From: Octopus bimaculoides
Taxonomy: Eukaryota
Direction: 5' to 3'
Length of the DNA: 64,000 nucleotides
NCBI RefSeq assembly: GCF_001194135.2
Contig: NC_068983.1
Span: forward strand, 140,924,580 to 140,988,579
The notes beneath the pieces were generated by a model. The model saw only the letters and a program-made list of their open reading frames with translations. It made no database searches and was not told the origin of the DNA. Both the position numbers and the translations under genes were made by a program. The stretch's first letter is position 1, and every line of letters begins with the position of its first letter. This document shows positions 1 to 12,071 of this stretch, in pieces.

Positions 1-279
1 GCTTAGTCTTTGCAGTGTCTGGGTGAGCTCTTCAGTTGTTATAGGGGCCCAGAGTTGCTCAGGTGCTAAGTTCGTTGTTTTAATGGTCCTTTTCTGGGGT
101 TGTTGCTTCACCGACCATATTTGTTTCCAGAATTTCTCTAGTTCTTCTGCTGTTGGTGCTGAATTAATGTCTATTTTATTTTTACCCAGTTCTTGGTAGA
201 GTTTTTTGGGGTTAGATTTGAACTGTTTGTTTTGTTCAAAGAAACGTTGGCGTTTCTCATACCGGCGCATCTTTTACTC
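1..279 (-). mobile_element. R4/Dong-clade (RLE-type) non-LTR retrotransposon ORF fragment, region N-terminal to RT; runs off the window edge
   Basis: A minus frame not in the ORF track reads KMRRYEKRQRFFEQNKQFKSNPKKLYQELGKNKIDINSAPTAEELEKFWKQIWSVKQQP...PITTEELTQTLQRLS without stops. This matches the RRY..R..F.QN..F..N.K..Y / P..E..FW..IW pattern recalled for R4/Dong ORFs. Confidence 0.75.
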
Positions 280-460
280 GATCCTGAATGGAGGCTGGGT
301 GACGGTACTGTTCCGGAAACGTATGGCCATTGTGCTTGTCGCCAGTGGTCTGGTTGGTGAAGCACAGGCATGATAAAAAAGGCACATACACACACATACG
401 CATACACACAAACACACACACACAATTGAACGCAAATATTTATCAATATTTGTTTTCTTG

Positions 461-572
461 CCTTTCATCCTTTCAGGGTCGATGAAATAAGTGTCTATCG
501 AACACTAGGGTCGAGGTAATAGACGTACTCCTTCCCCAAAACTGCTGGCCTTATACCAAAATTTAAAGTCAG
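461..572 (+). mobile_element. 5'-truncated SINE, family C (Deu/Nin-domain-like)
   Basis: cctttcatcctttcagggtcgatgaaataagt...gggtcgaggtaatagac...tgctggccttataccaaaattt, the same block as other copies in the window. Flanked by a perfect 14-bp direct repeat tatttgttttcttg (447-460, 573-586). Confidence 0.85.
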
Positions 573-3202
573 TATTTGTTTTCTTGTACTTTTTTCGATA
601 AACGTAGTCAAACATTGATCTAGGGATCATCGAATATATTTCCAGAAAGGATTACATTTGCTTTCAGAAGGAGTGTTAAGTCTGTCGAAGACACAACAGG
701 GGTGCATTCAAACGTTTCCTTACGTACGCACACACGCTCGCACGCGCAAACACACAGACATACGAGCGCGCGCATACACACACACATGCGCGCGCGCGCG
801 GTTACACACTCACACTATATGTAAGCATAATTAAAATGATCAATCTTCAATTTCTATTTTTGCGCTGTAATCCTTAAGTAAAAATGAGAATATTTGTAAA
901 TATTTCAGAAAGCAGGAGTGGGAAGAGTATAGAGAATAAAATGATTTGGCAAACTGATCAAATCAGAATGTGTATTTGAAATGTACGAGTGGAGATAAGG
1001 AGATGAAAGCGACTGGAATGGCTTCATATAATTGAGATATATTTATTTATAACAGCATGCCATAGCGGTATTATTTTTGAGTCGTATTTGAACATTAGTC
1101 TGTAAATAATTATTGATTTTTAGTTACAATCCGTACTTTAGGTGCTATAGCTTCATTGATTGAAGTAAGTTTATATACTTTATATGCTGTAAGAAACGAT
1201 ATTCTTTAGAGAAAATAATATGAAAGGTAATTAATATGTCTTGATTTACAGCGGAGACAAATTATTATTCCGCATGACTCGTCAATATTTGTAATTATAA
1301 TGTGCTCTTAATTATGTACGAATTGGCGAGTAGGTAAGGTATAATTTAAAGATAAGTTGACTAAGTAAATGTTTGAAACGTTTGCTATACGCTTCGACGT
1401 AATGTAAGCAAAAATGTATTGAAATTATTAATTTGTAATAATCAAGGTTTTGTTTATTACATAATAACTAGTTATAAAATTATCAATTTCTCATTGTTTA
1501 AACCAGGTGAATCATCGATATAATGATAATTCTGAAGGCTATAATATCATTATATTGACATTAGTTGCTAGAAAAAATATTAGGAAAAGTAAAATTGTTA
1601 CCCAGAATTTTTTATCAATAGAATGTCACAAAATAAGATTCTAAAGTTATTTAAACTACCACGATTAATGAACTTTGTATTAATACAATACACGTCAACA
1701 AGTCAATGTCAGCGTAACCGGGTAACAAAAGCAAAAACTAAGAGCAAGGAATGAATAGTGGTAGGCCAAAGGGGTTAGTTGGATATGATAGAAATTATTG
1801 AATTCTCGTTATTTCCTCCCTACCTGTTAAAAAACCATAACACTGCAAATATTGCAACATCACTTTGTACTGTTGCATCATCTTTGGGAGTAAAAATTGG
1901 TCACTATAGTTGCTGTTGCTGTAGTTCAGAAAGTTTGAAACACTCTGGTGGTAGGTATTTTTCTTTTCAAGAAATTGTTTTGCTCAAATTTGGCCCCGTT
2001 GTAATTGAGGCTACTAATAAATTATGTGGATAATTTTTCATGTTTAACAATAGATATTATTTTCTCATTTGGATTCAAAGTTAATTTTCACCACACTAGA
2101 CTCTAATATAATTTTCAGTTTTCAATAATTTCTTCTATTTAATTGCATGGAGCCTCTATATATATATCAGGAAGAGAGCCATTCCTACAAATCATGAAAA
2201 AGTTATAGAGAATGTTGACTTTCTAGCTTAGGTCCAGTTCCGTTAATTTCGTATCACGTGCCTTTTCCCCATGATCCCCTTTCATTCAACCTCAATAATT
2301 GAATATTTTGCGGCGCTTTTGGTCGTCCTAACGTAAGGATGGAGATTGATATGTATGAGTCTATTTTAAAAATGTAATTCTTGATAATTGAAGAATCAAA
2401 TTTACCTTATTTTCTCTTACTCATTTGCTCCCCCTAAATTTGAATCCTTATTTTTAACTGAGAGCAAGGATACTTTTCTGAAATAGTGTTCTGAATATAG
2501 TATAGTATTTTTAATGCATTAAGAGAGTCATTTGCTTAGCTGATATAGTTGTTGTAAAGTAGTGAACATTTTTAAAAAAACTATATTTTTTCTTAAATAC
2601 AAAAATACAGCAAACATTACTCATTGCACTATTCCACACGCCCCAACACACAAACCGTTGCGGTTGGAAAATATTATAATTTTTCCCTTATTCCAGTTTA
2701 GTGTTTTTTTACGTGATTAACTAAGTAGAACATGTATTAAAACTATCAAATATAGTTAGCGCAGTTTCAGTTTATAACCGTTGCTAAGGAAAAGCAGAGT
2801 ATTATGTCGATGTATGATGATATATTTTATATTCTAATGGCTTCAAAGTGTTACAAGTGCTAGAGGAAGTTATATCTAACGGATTTACTCATAAATATAT
2901 AATTCTTTTTTGACATTGAACGATTTTTATTTAGCAACACAATTTTTACAAGAAGAAACGAAAGAAAGAAAGCATCATTAAAAGTATGAAAGATCGAATT
3001 ATCGAAATAAAAAACCAGAACTACCTTCTAAAGGAAACAAAGAGAAAGTATAAACAAAAATGTAAAAGGAGAAGGAGAAAGATAACAGACAAGGTAAAAG
3101 AAGAAAATATGAATATGAATTACTTGTCATTATGTATTAAAATGATTTATGTGCAAGCACACACATACTTACGGAGATGTGTGTGTACGTATGTATGTAA
3201 GT

Positions 3203-3572
3203 GTGGAGGCGCAATGGCCCAGTGGTTAGGGCAGCGGACTCGCGGTCGTAGGATCGCGGTTTCGATTCTCAGATCGGGCGATGTGAGTGTTTATTGAGCG
3301 AAAACACCTAAAGCTCCACGAGGCTCCGGCAGGGGGTGGGGTCGAACCCTGCCGTACTCTTTCGTCACAACTTTCTCTCATTCTTTCCTCCTGTTTCTGT
3401 TGTGCCTGTAATTCAAAGAGCAAGCCTTGTCACACTGAATATCCCCGAGAACTACGTTAAGGGTACACGTGTCTGTGGAGTGCTTAGCCACTTGCACGTT
3501 AATTTCACGAGCAGGCTGTTCCGTTGACCGATAAACTGGAACACTCGTCGTCGTAACCGACGGAGTGCCAAC
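3203..3572 (+). mobile_element. tRNA-derived SINE, family A (OR-type, tRNA-Arg-like head), full length
   Basis: Head gtggaggcgcaatggcccagtggttagggcagcggactcgcggtc...ggtttcgattc with Pol III A/B boxes. Collinear with 19609-19997. 13-bp TSD tatgtatgtaagt (3190-3202, 3573-3585). Confidence 0.92.
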
Positions 3573-3752
3573 TATGTATGTAAGTATGCATGTATGTATA
3601 TATGTGTATATGTATATGCATATATATATATATGTCTCTATGTATGTATACGTAATACATATAACTATATATGGATATATATATTCAAAGTTATATGTAT
3701 GATTTTACATAACCACATATACCACGCACACGGAAACTCTCTCTTCTCTCTA

Positions 3753-3820
<68 letters not shown>

Positions 3821-3972
3821 NNNNNNNNNNNNNNNNNNNNNNNNNNNNNNNNNNNNNNNNNNNNNNNNNNNNNNNNNNNNNNNNNNNNNNNNNNNNNNNN
3901 NNNNNNNNNNNNNNNNNNNNNNNNNNNNNNNNNNNNNNNNNNNNNNNNNNNNNNNNNNNTATATATATTTAC

Positions 3973-4039
<67 letters not shown>

Positions 4040-7000
4040 TTACTTAATACTAGATTTTATTCGATTCTATGCAATTTTCATAGGCTCGTTGCAAATGGAA
4101 AGGCTCCAAGATGACTTCTGGATATTGGGCAGCTAATGGTTAACACGGGCAATATAGAAGTGACAACATTTCAATCGGAATTCCTAACACTACGCGGTTG
4201 TACAGGATGTGATTGTGACAGCTTGTTTGTAACGTATAAGGAATAAGCATATCATTGGCGTGAGCATATGCGCGAATATATATCTTATGTGTGAGCATAA
4301 GCACGCGGTTTAAGTGCCTGAGCGTCTATGCACTCGTGAGTGCGTTGATGACATCAAGGCGTTGGTGTATGCATGTGTGTGTGTTTATCTAATACATATA
4401 TATATATATATATATAAAGGAGTGTGTATGCGCGCAGGCATGAGTGTGTTAACATAAGGTTAATTTATTCGCGACGCTAGAATATGTTCTCACTGTGATT
4501 GCATCTAACTGTCATAGGTTCCAACCTCGAGAAGAATGCATTAGTTGGAGACGGGCTTGTCTCAGGCGTGAATGTCATCTAGTTGACAGATCAACATGAT
4601 GGGTGGTTACTGCTCATCCTCTCTTAGCTTCCAGCCCATCATTAGCTTGCTTGTTCGGGAGGCAACAAAACCGTCTTTCTTCAGCCAGCAACAATTTATT
4701 AGCAGCTGTGTTCCTCTCCCTCAATTTTGATAGTATTTTTCATATACACAGATGTATGAAGTCCCTACACCCAGCATTAACTAGCAATAAACAATCACAC
4801 CATCGCTACATGGATGGATTAGGTCCTATCACTCGGATGCTCTCATCCAGAAGTTTCTTACACATCTCTCCTCTCATGGAACTCTTCCAATCTTATAACA
4901 ACATCTGGGTTGCAGTGATTCTTAGAGTAACTGGGGAATGAATTGTTTTGTTCTTAGGTTTACTATCAGTGGGCATGATTGTACTATCTCCTGTCTTTCT
5001 TATTTTTTATGAAGAATATTGGAATCTCTGCCTTAATGAAGAAATAAATAGTGAAGATGCCACTGCACTCAGATAATCCTCGCCATGTAAAGCTTCCCTA
5101 AATGAGTGCAGTATTACGCCATGCAGTTATTTGCAGCACATTGCAATCCTCTTCACAAAATCTGTACTGCATAAAAGGGGTCATTTGTATTGGGATAGCG
5201 GTATATTAATCTGCGCCAAGAAAACAAAAACAAATGAGATAGCTTTCATTATTTAAATAGTTTCTCTCTTTTCTAAGGCTAATTAAAACGATATATCGAA
5301 ATACAATATTATTTAATCATTTGGTATTTCATCTAACAGTTTAAAACATGTTAATTGCCTATTTTATGATTATTTCAAATACTCTTTATAGTTAAAATTT
5401 AATTATTTCACTTCAGATTTTCTTTATTTTTCTTAAATATATAAATTAGCATATATACTAGTTCTGGTACGCACATCTTAAATTTAATCTTACCTTCCAG
5501 GCTAACTGTACAGTAAATATACGTTAAATTATACAATATATTACTACATCAAGTAGAATTATAAATTGTGACTTGACTCATCAGAAGAGTAACACCTTGT
5601 AATTTACCATTCCTATAATTTTCTCCCGAAGTTCATATTTCCTAATTGTATGTTATATAAGACTCTTTCATAAATGTAATTACATTTTAAATATCTGTGA
5701 CATATAACTCACACTCAAACTGATCTTCCACCTACCGATTAAACATGACTGAAATGTTACTAATAATCTTGCTGTCTGATTATTATGTACTCACTTTTTT
5801 TCTAAAATATCCACTTTTAAAGTAACTTTTTATTTCGTATATACTTACTATGTATATATTTTCTGCTTCAGTCCATTTGCGATCTTATTTATTATACGTC
5901 TGCACATACTGTCTAGGAAACTATAAATCAGGAAATGCTGATATCCTTCATACGTGTTCGAATATCCAGACAGCATAAGCACGCATTGTTTCTCCTTTTC
6001 CAATGGAAATAGTTTGTATACTCATCGTATTGTATACAGCAGAATTCTTTTTCATATGACATTTTGTCATCATTTGATGATATAAAAGGAATTACTAATA
6101 TGTATATACACACACGCATGCACACATATATGCACACACACAACATACACTCACACACACACATACACACACCAAACACAGAGTTGTGTTTATCTCTGGG
6201 TTTTCTTGGGTGTTCTGTAAGAGTAATAATTGCTGTGTATATTAATATGTTGTAACTCAAATACAGTTTATACAAACTGCAAAATTTGTTTAGGGACTGA
6301 TATTTCAAATTCACTCTATTTCAATGTTTCACAGACATCGCTAGCTGAATGTATTACATGTAGATTTATATTAAAGTTAAAGTCATAGAGGCAGCTCTTT
6401 GGTTACATTAATTTTGATCTTCCTTTCAGAAAATTTTGAATAGTTCTCAGTGTTTCGAGGTTTGTTTGCATCATGAGAGAGGAAATGACAATTGTTGCCC
6501 GTAATAATAAGTTTTTGTTTTGAAAACAAAATACTGTTTTGTTGTAAAAGAGCTTACATTTGAGTGCACTTTGCCTTCGCACTATTAGCCGATTCATATA
6601 GCCGTTAATTAGTCATCTCAGTGTTTATCATAGCACCGAAACAGATCGAGATTTAAATGTGAAAGATAAATGAAGTAAGAAGGATAAGGATGTAATTCTA
6701 AAAAGGATACAAGCATATTTTTGTACTCTTTCAGTTTAGTATCGGTGTTGGCGTTATTATCAATATCAGCCATAATATGAAAACTGAAATTCCTTGTGGT
6801 GTAAGATACATTTTGTAATACGGTCTGAATAACACCAAATTTATAGTTTAAAGATGCTTCTTCTATTTGCAACAGAGAAAATAACCAGCTACTGAGTTTG
6901 GCATAATTGTAGGAGACTTTGTTCTAGACATTTTTTAAACGGTGCTCTGCTTCTGTACACCTAATGTCTACGACATATGTGTGTGATCCTATTATTTGTG

Positions 7001-9389
7001 AGGTCACAAACTAACCTAAGATAGCTGCGTCTAAAATAAAGCTAAGGAATTTATTAAACGAAAACAAACATTGAAGGACGTAAATCTTAAAAAAGACCAA
7101 CAATATTTGCCGCCATATTTGATGTTTAGCCACATTAACAAACTGCAAGAGGAATGATGATTCCACACCTTACCAAATACATCTTATGAAAAAAATATTA
7201 AGACGGCGACTTTCCACATCAGCTTGTGAAGAAACGCTAACAACTTTAAAGCACGAACTCAGGAATCACCGTTATCGTAGAAAAGTACACAAACTTGCCA
7301 GTAGAAACTTCGATTATGCTTCCAATCTCTAAGCATTATCCGGAAGATTAGGTGAGGGAATATTACTGTTAAGAAAGCCTCTACTGACGAATATCTGGAT
7401 TGATTATGGCTTAAAATCGGAACGAAATAGGTATTTCAGTGAGTGATGCTAAATCCAATTAGGAATATTTCTGTAACAACATTGAAAGGAGACTATATAC
7501 AATCGGTTCTGAAACATTCGCCATAGCTATGTCACATGAAGTGAAAACGCACAGAAATAAACTAAGAGCTGGATACTGGTACAAGAAGCTAATTTTCTAC
7601 TGAAATCCAGTAATATACGCATTCAAAACAACAATGACTGACCAAATCGGTTGGCTATTGAACAGCCGAATCTTATAACCAAGAATGAAGCCACCAACTT
7701 AGAAAAAACTAAAACTATTTCAATCAAGTCCTCAATGGTCCTTGTGAGTTCAAAAGTGTAGTAACTGATTAGGTGGGAAAGAAAGAGAGTATCAGGACAT
7801 GTGATACACTTTTCATAAACAAAGATTTTCAGTCCGAAGTAAGAAAACAAAGTAGAAATATTGCGAAATTATGACGGGATTCGATACCATATCTAATTCA
7901 TATTCGCTGAAGACTCTACACTTGGAAATATTACCAGCCACCACAAAAATACAATTGACTTACAAAGACCTGAACGAAAATCCTCAAACTTAAAAATGTT
8001 ATAATTATTTCAAAGGTAATATTCCAGTGGGATGGTTGCTCTGTACTTCTGTTTATTATGTAGTAACTCAGTTATTATTTATTTTACAAAAATATAATGG
8101 CTAGCTGTTTGGGTCTGCAAATGCTAGATATGTGAATGTAACTCTTATTTTATTTTATTTTATTTTATTTTATTTTGTTCTCTTGATGACCCGAACATTT
8201 GTAGTAAAATTATTTGCGGTTTCACAAAGAGCAGGTGATAACATTTTCACAGCGGGAAGGACATTGGCTAGAAGAAACGTTCGTATTTGGTTGTTGAATG
8301 TGGCAAATCACTTCCCCAAACACCAAATCTGCGCAGCAGCCGATCTATGTCTCTCTTGTTCCACGAAACGTATGATATCATTAGCTAGACAGTGATGAAC
8401 ATATATCATGCGAAGATTTTGTGAACAAAGTTATAATAAGCCAAGAATATTATTCGAGACTCATAAAAACAGTCGGCAATATTCCACATAGCATTCAAAA
8501 TTTGATGTACTACAACAAAAAATTACGAGTTCAAGAAAAGCTGCACATAACGTTGATATTAGTATCATTTTCGACTTTTCGCGAAAGACCTTGGCATAAT
8601 CTAATTATTTATTGGGTATACTGGGAGTTTCACGTGCAGGTTTTCTTTGAGATATTTTAATCCAACTCATTGAGCATCGAATGGATAGTTACCAGATTAT
8701 GCAAGGATGTTTCGCGAAAAGTTTTTAAAAATTATACAAATTTCAACGTGAAGTGCAGCCTCTCTTGAACTCGTAATTTTTATATTGTACTACTTCAAAT
8801 TTTGAATACTATGCATTTGCAATCCATCAGCAGGAAATTGTTAAAAATACCTCATGAGAAAAAATCGAATGAAGAAGTTGGAGATCTATAATGCGACCGA
8901 AATGTCAGTTATGTTTAATTTCTGTAGGAGATATCACATATGTGATATGTGCTGCTGAAAATATCATAAATATACCACCTGTCAATGCGACAGGACTTCG
9001 TAACTAAAACAAAATACTGTCTGGGAAATATAGAGACTCCTTCTCTTATTGTACACATACAGAACTATCAACACAAGCAATATTTCTGAAACGTATACTA
9101 AGTGCAAATATAAGCCAGTCATTGTTGTTTGTGACAAACAAACAAAAACATGTACCATCATAAAGGGTCAACTGCTATGATCTTAATATATCATCACAAA
9201 TCAAAGGAAAAGGGGGATAACTACGGACAACTGCTTCAAAACATTCAGCTTCTATAGCCACATTATAAATTCACATTTATACTAGTTATAATTGGTGCAC
9301 GTTGTAATGTCATTAAATGCCTTAGAGAGCAGCCTGAAAAGGTAATCTTTGCAGAAATAGAAATCAATCGGTAAGTGAAACAGTGAAAA

Positions 9390-9618
9390 TGTTATGTGTG
9401 TATGTGTGTGTGTGTGAGTGTGTGTGTGTGTGCGGGCGTGTGTATGTGTGTGTGTGTGCGGGCGTGTGTATGTGTGTGTGTATGTGTGGGTTTGCGTGTA
9501 TGCGTGTTTGTGTGCTTATGTGTGCATGTATGTATGTGTGTTTGTGTGTGTGTATGTGTGTGGTGTGTGTGTGTGTGTGTGTGTGTGTGCGGGCGTGTGT
9601 GTGTGTGTGTGTGTGCTT
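9390..9618. repeat. Compound (GT)n microsatellite with three embedded gcgggcgtgtgt cassettes
   Basis: Direct reading; cassettes at about 9432, 9458 and 9589. Confidence 0.9.
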
Positions 9619-12020
9619 GAATCGATTGCAGAATACGTGTCACTTCAGTTGCCGTAAATATAGCAGTAGATTATGAGCAATCTTTCATCCCGTGTACATG
9701 CTATAGTTGATTCCATAGTTTTATTTATTTATTTAATATCAAGTGCATTTCGGCTGTACAGAGGATTTTTCCAATGACCTTTACTGAAACAGACTGTTCG
9801 AGAGAGCAAATTCGTGCGTGTAAATTTACTTTGAAGAAATACAGTGTGGCAAACATTGGCAAGAAGTCTATAATACTACGTATAATAGGTAGTTGTTATT
9901 GAAGTCTATCGAGAACGAATGCAATAACCTGATACATTCGGATGGATTGACTAGTTAGTCTTAAAATTGTAATCAAGGTAAATTTGGAATTTCATTTTAG
10001 CACTTGTTCTGATACTATCATCTTCACAAAATCGATCAGTTTTCCTTCCCTTCTTTCCCAATATATCTCTCTGGTCCCTCTCCCTACTCTTTCTTTTTTC
10101 ACCTTTTTTTTATTAATATTTTTAGCGGGATTTTATGAATTTCAATAAATGAGGTTAAAAATTATGTAATTTTCTAAATATTCGATGCGCAACAAGATGT
10201 CAGTATTAAGAAACAATAAATGTGTAGTGGGCCCTAGCTCGATAGAAATATACAGTGGTTGTGTGAAAAATTTCATCACGAAAATAAAGTGATCTTTTAA
10301 AAAATGAAAACTGCATACACAGTTTTTCTCTTGCTTCAGTGTTATGCGTTCCAGTCTCACGTCCAATTAATGCTGTTAAAATTACCCCGTATATTCCTTC
10401 TAATAGTTAGAACATTTAAAGTGGTTGCATTGGTTTTCTCAGAGAAATATTAGCAGTACAACAAAGTAGGAACTTATATAAACATATCGGACGAAAAGAA
10501 CATTGAACAAGACATGGCCTTCAAATACGATAAAAACTCACAATAAAGAGTATATTTCTTTCTTTCTAAAAGATGAAAGAGATGGACATTTTATTAGTAT
10601 CAGAAAACTCTATTGAAATTAAGGAGAATTTTTTTTTGATTTTTCCGAGGTTTCATAGTGTTTTATTAATTTCATCAATTAATTAATGTTCTGGATGAAA
10701 TTCCGAGGTAATGAAATAATGCTGCAAAAACTGTTTAGGAAAACGGTTAGCGAAATAAAGAATTCATATTTTATCAAATCATTTATAATTTAAATCTCCT
10801 GAAATCTAATATAAAACCACGGCCATTTTTTTTTCTTAATATTTTTGCATGAAGATGTTGTTTCAACGATTATACAAGTTTTCTAAGGTAGCTAGATTTA
10901 ATTATTTTCATAGCATCCTGAAACATTTAGTAACATAATTTAAAATGATTTGGCGCATTCGACGTTTACAAAAACAACCTCTCTATTTATAAGTGGTCAA
11001 AAACACTAAAATCGTTGATAACTAACGATAGAGCTCATTACTTCCAACAATAAAGCATTGCAAAACTGGTCATAGTTACCATAGAAATATATCTCGAATG
11101 TGATACAAATAAAACTTGCGTTTAGTGATATTATAAGATATAGTTCTGAAACGGTGAATACAGATTTTAAACTGAAATATTCTCCAGAAGATGGCAACAT
11201 TTCCACTAATAAAACGGAATCAAAATGGAAATACTACCGTTTATAAGTATAGTCCGACAAAATTAATACAAATCAAGCAAAACATTGTGGTGGGTTTGCA
11301 ATATACTCGAGTGTAAAATGAGATAAACGAATAAAATATGTTACCAACTTGAAGCACAAAAGGTAAGGTTCACAGTCAGTCACTCATATCTGATACTGCG
11401 ACCGGTTCAACTCGTCATTCAAAAAATAGTTATATGGCATTTGACAGCTATATAGAATATGCTACTTGCAAATGCTAACAGGCTTCTTTGTTCCGTAAAC
11501 AATGAAAGTGTTCTATATTCAGTAACTGCCTGATTCAGTGACTTGATACAGTCCGTTTAGCTGAAATATTAGAACCACCAGTCGATGTTTATTTTGTATT
11601 GAATTGGAGTTGTAATGAGTGTGCGTCTTTTAGTTTACTAGCTGCGTCGGCCCGACGAATTATTTCAGCAAATGGAAAACTATTACAAGAGCCTGATTAA
11701 CTATCATGCCCACTAATTCATGGAAGTGACACACACGCACCTACCCCTCATAATAGAATCACCTATGTACCATATGTTACACAAATAGATCACGAAAAGA
11801 CAAGTAATTAACATTTTCATGGCTACTGCTGGGCGCTTTTTCTCTAATACTGATATATTTCTGCTTTTAAACTCATTCATGGCTATAACGGATGCAGAGA
11901 TATTTTCTCCGGACGAATACCTCAGAAAATATACCATTTCGCGATGCATTAGCATTGTGTATGATATACAAATAGCCACTTCAACTTAATTCTGCTACTT
12001 TTGCATGCAGACTTTATATG

Positions 12021-12071
<51 letters not shown>

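Noticed and set aside
3203-3280. tRNA-like heads (also 17419, 19609, 23704, 31350, 45069)
   Set aside because: They have A/B boxes but no closed acceptor stem or terminator, and they run into SINE bodies with TSDs. They are SINEs, not tRNA genes.
8931-8948. Perfect 18-bp palindrome atatcacatatgtgatat
   Set aside because: AT-rich, isolated and without supporting context; plausible by chance or slippage.
7050-9300. Region that looks like old transposon coding debris
   Set aside because: No motif could be assigned to a family with any confidence.
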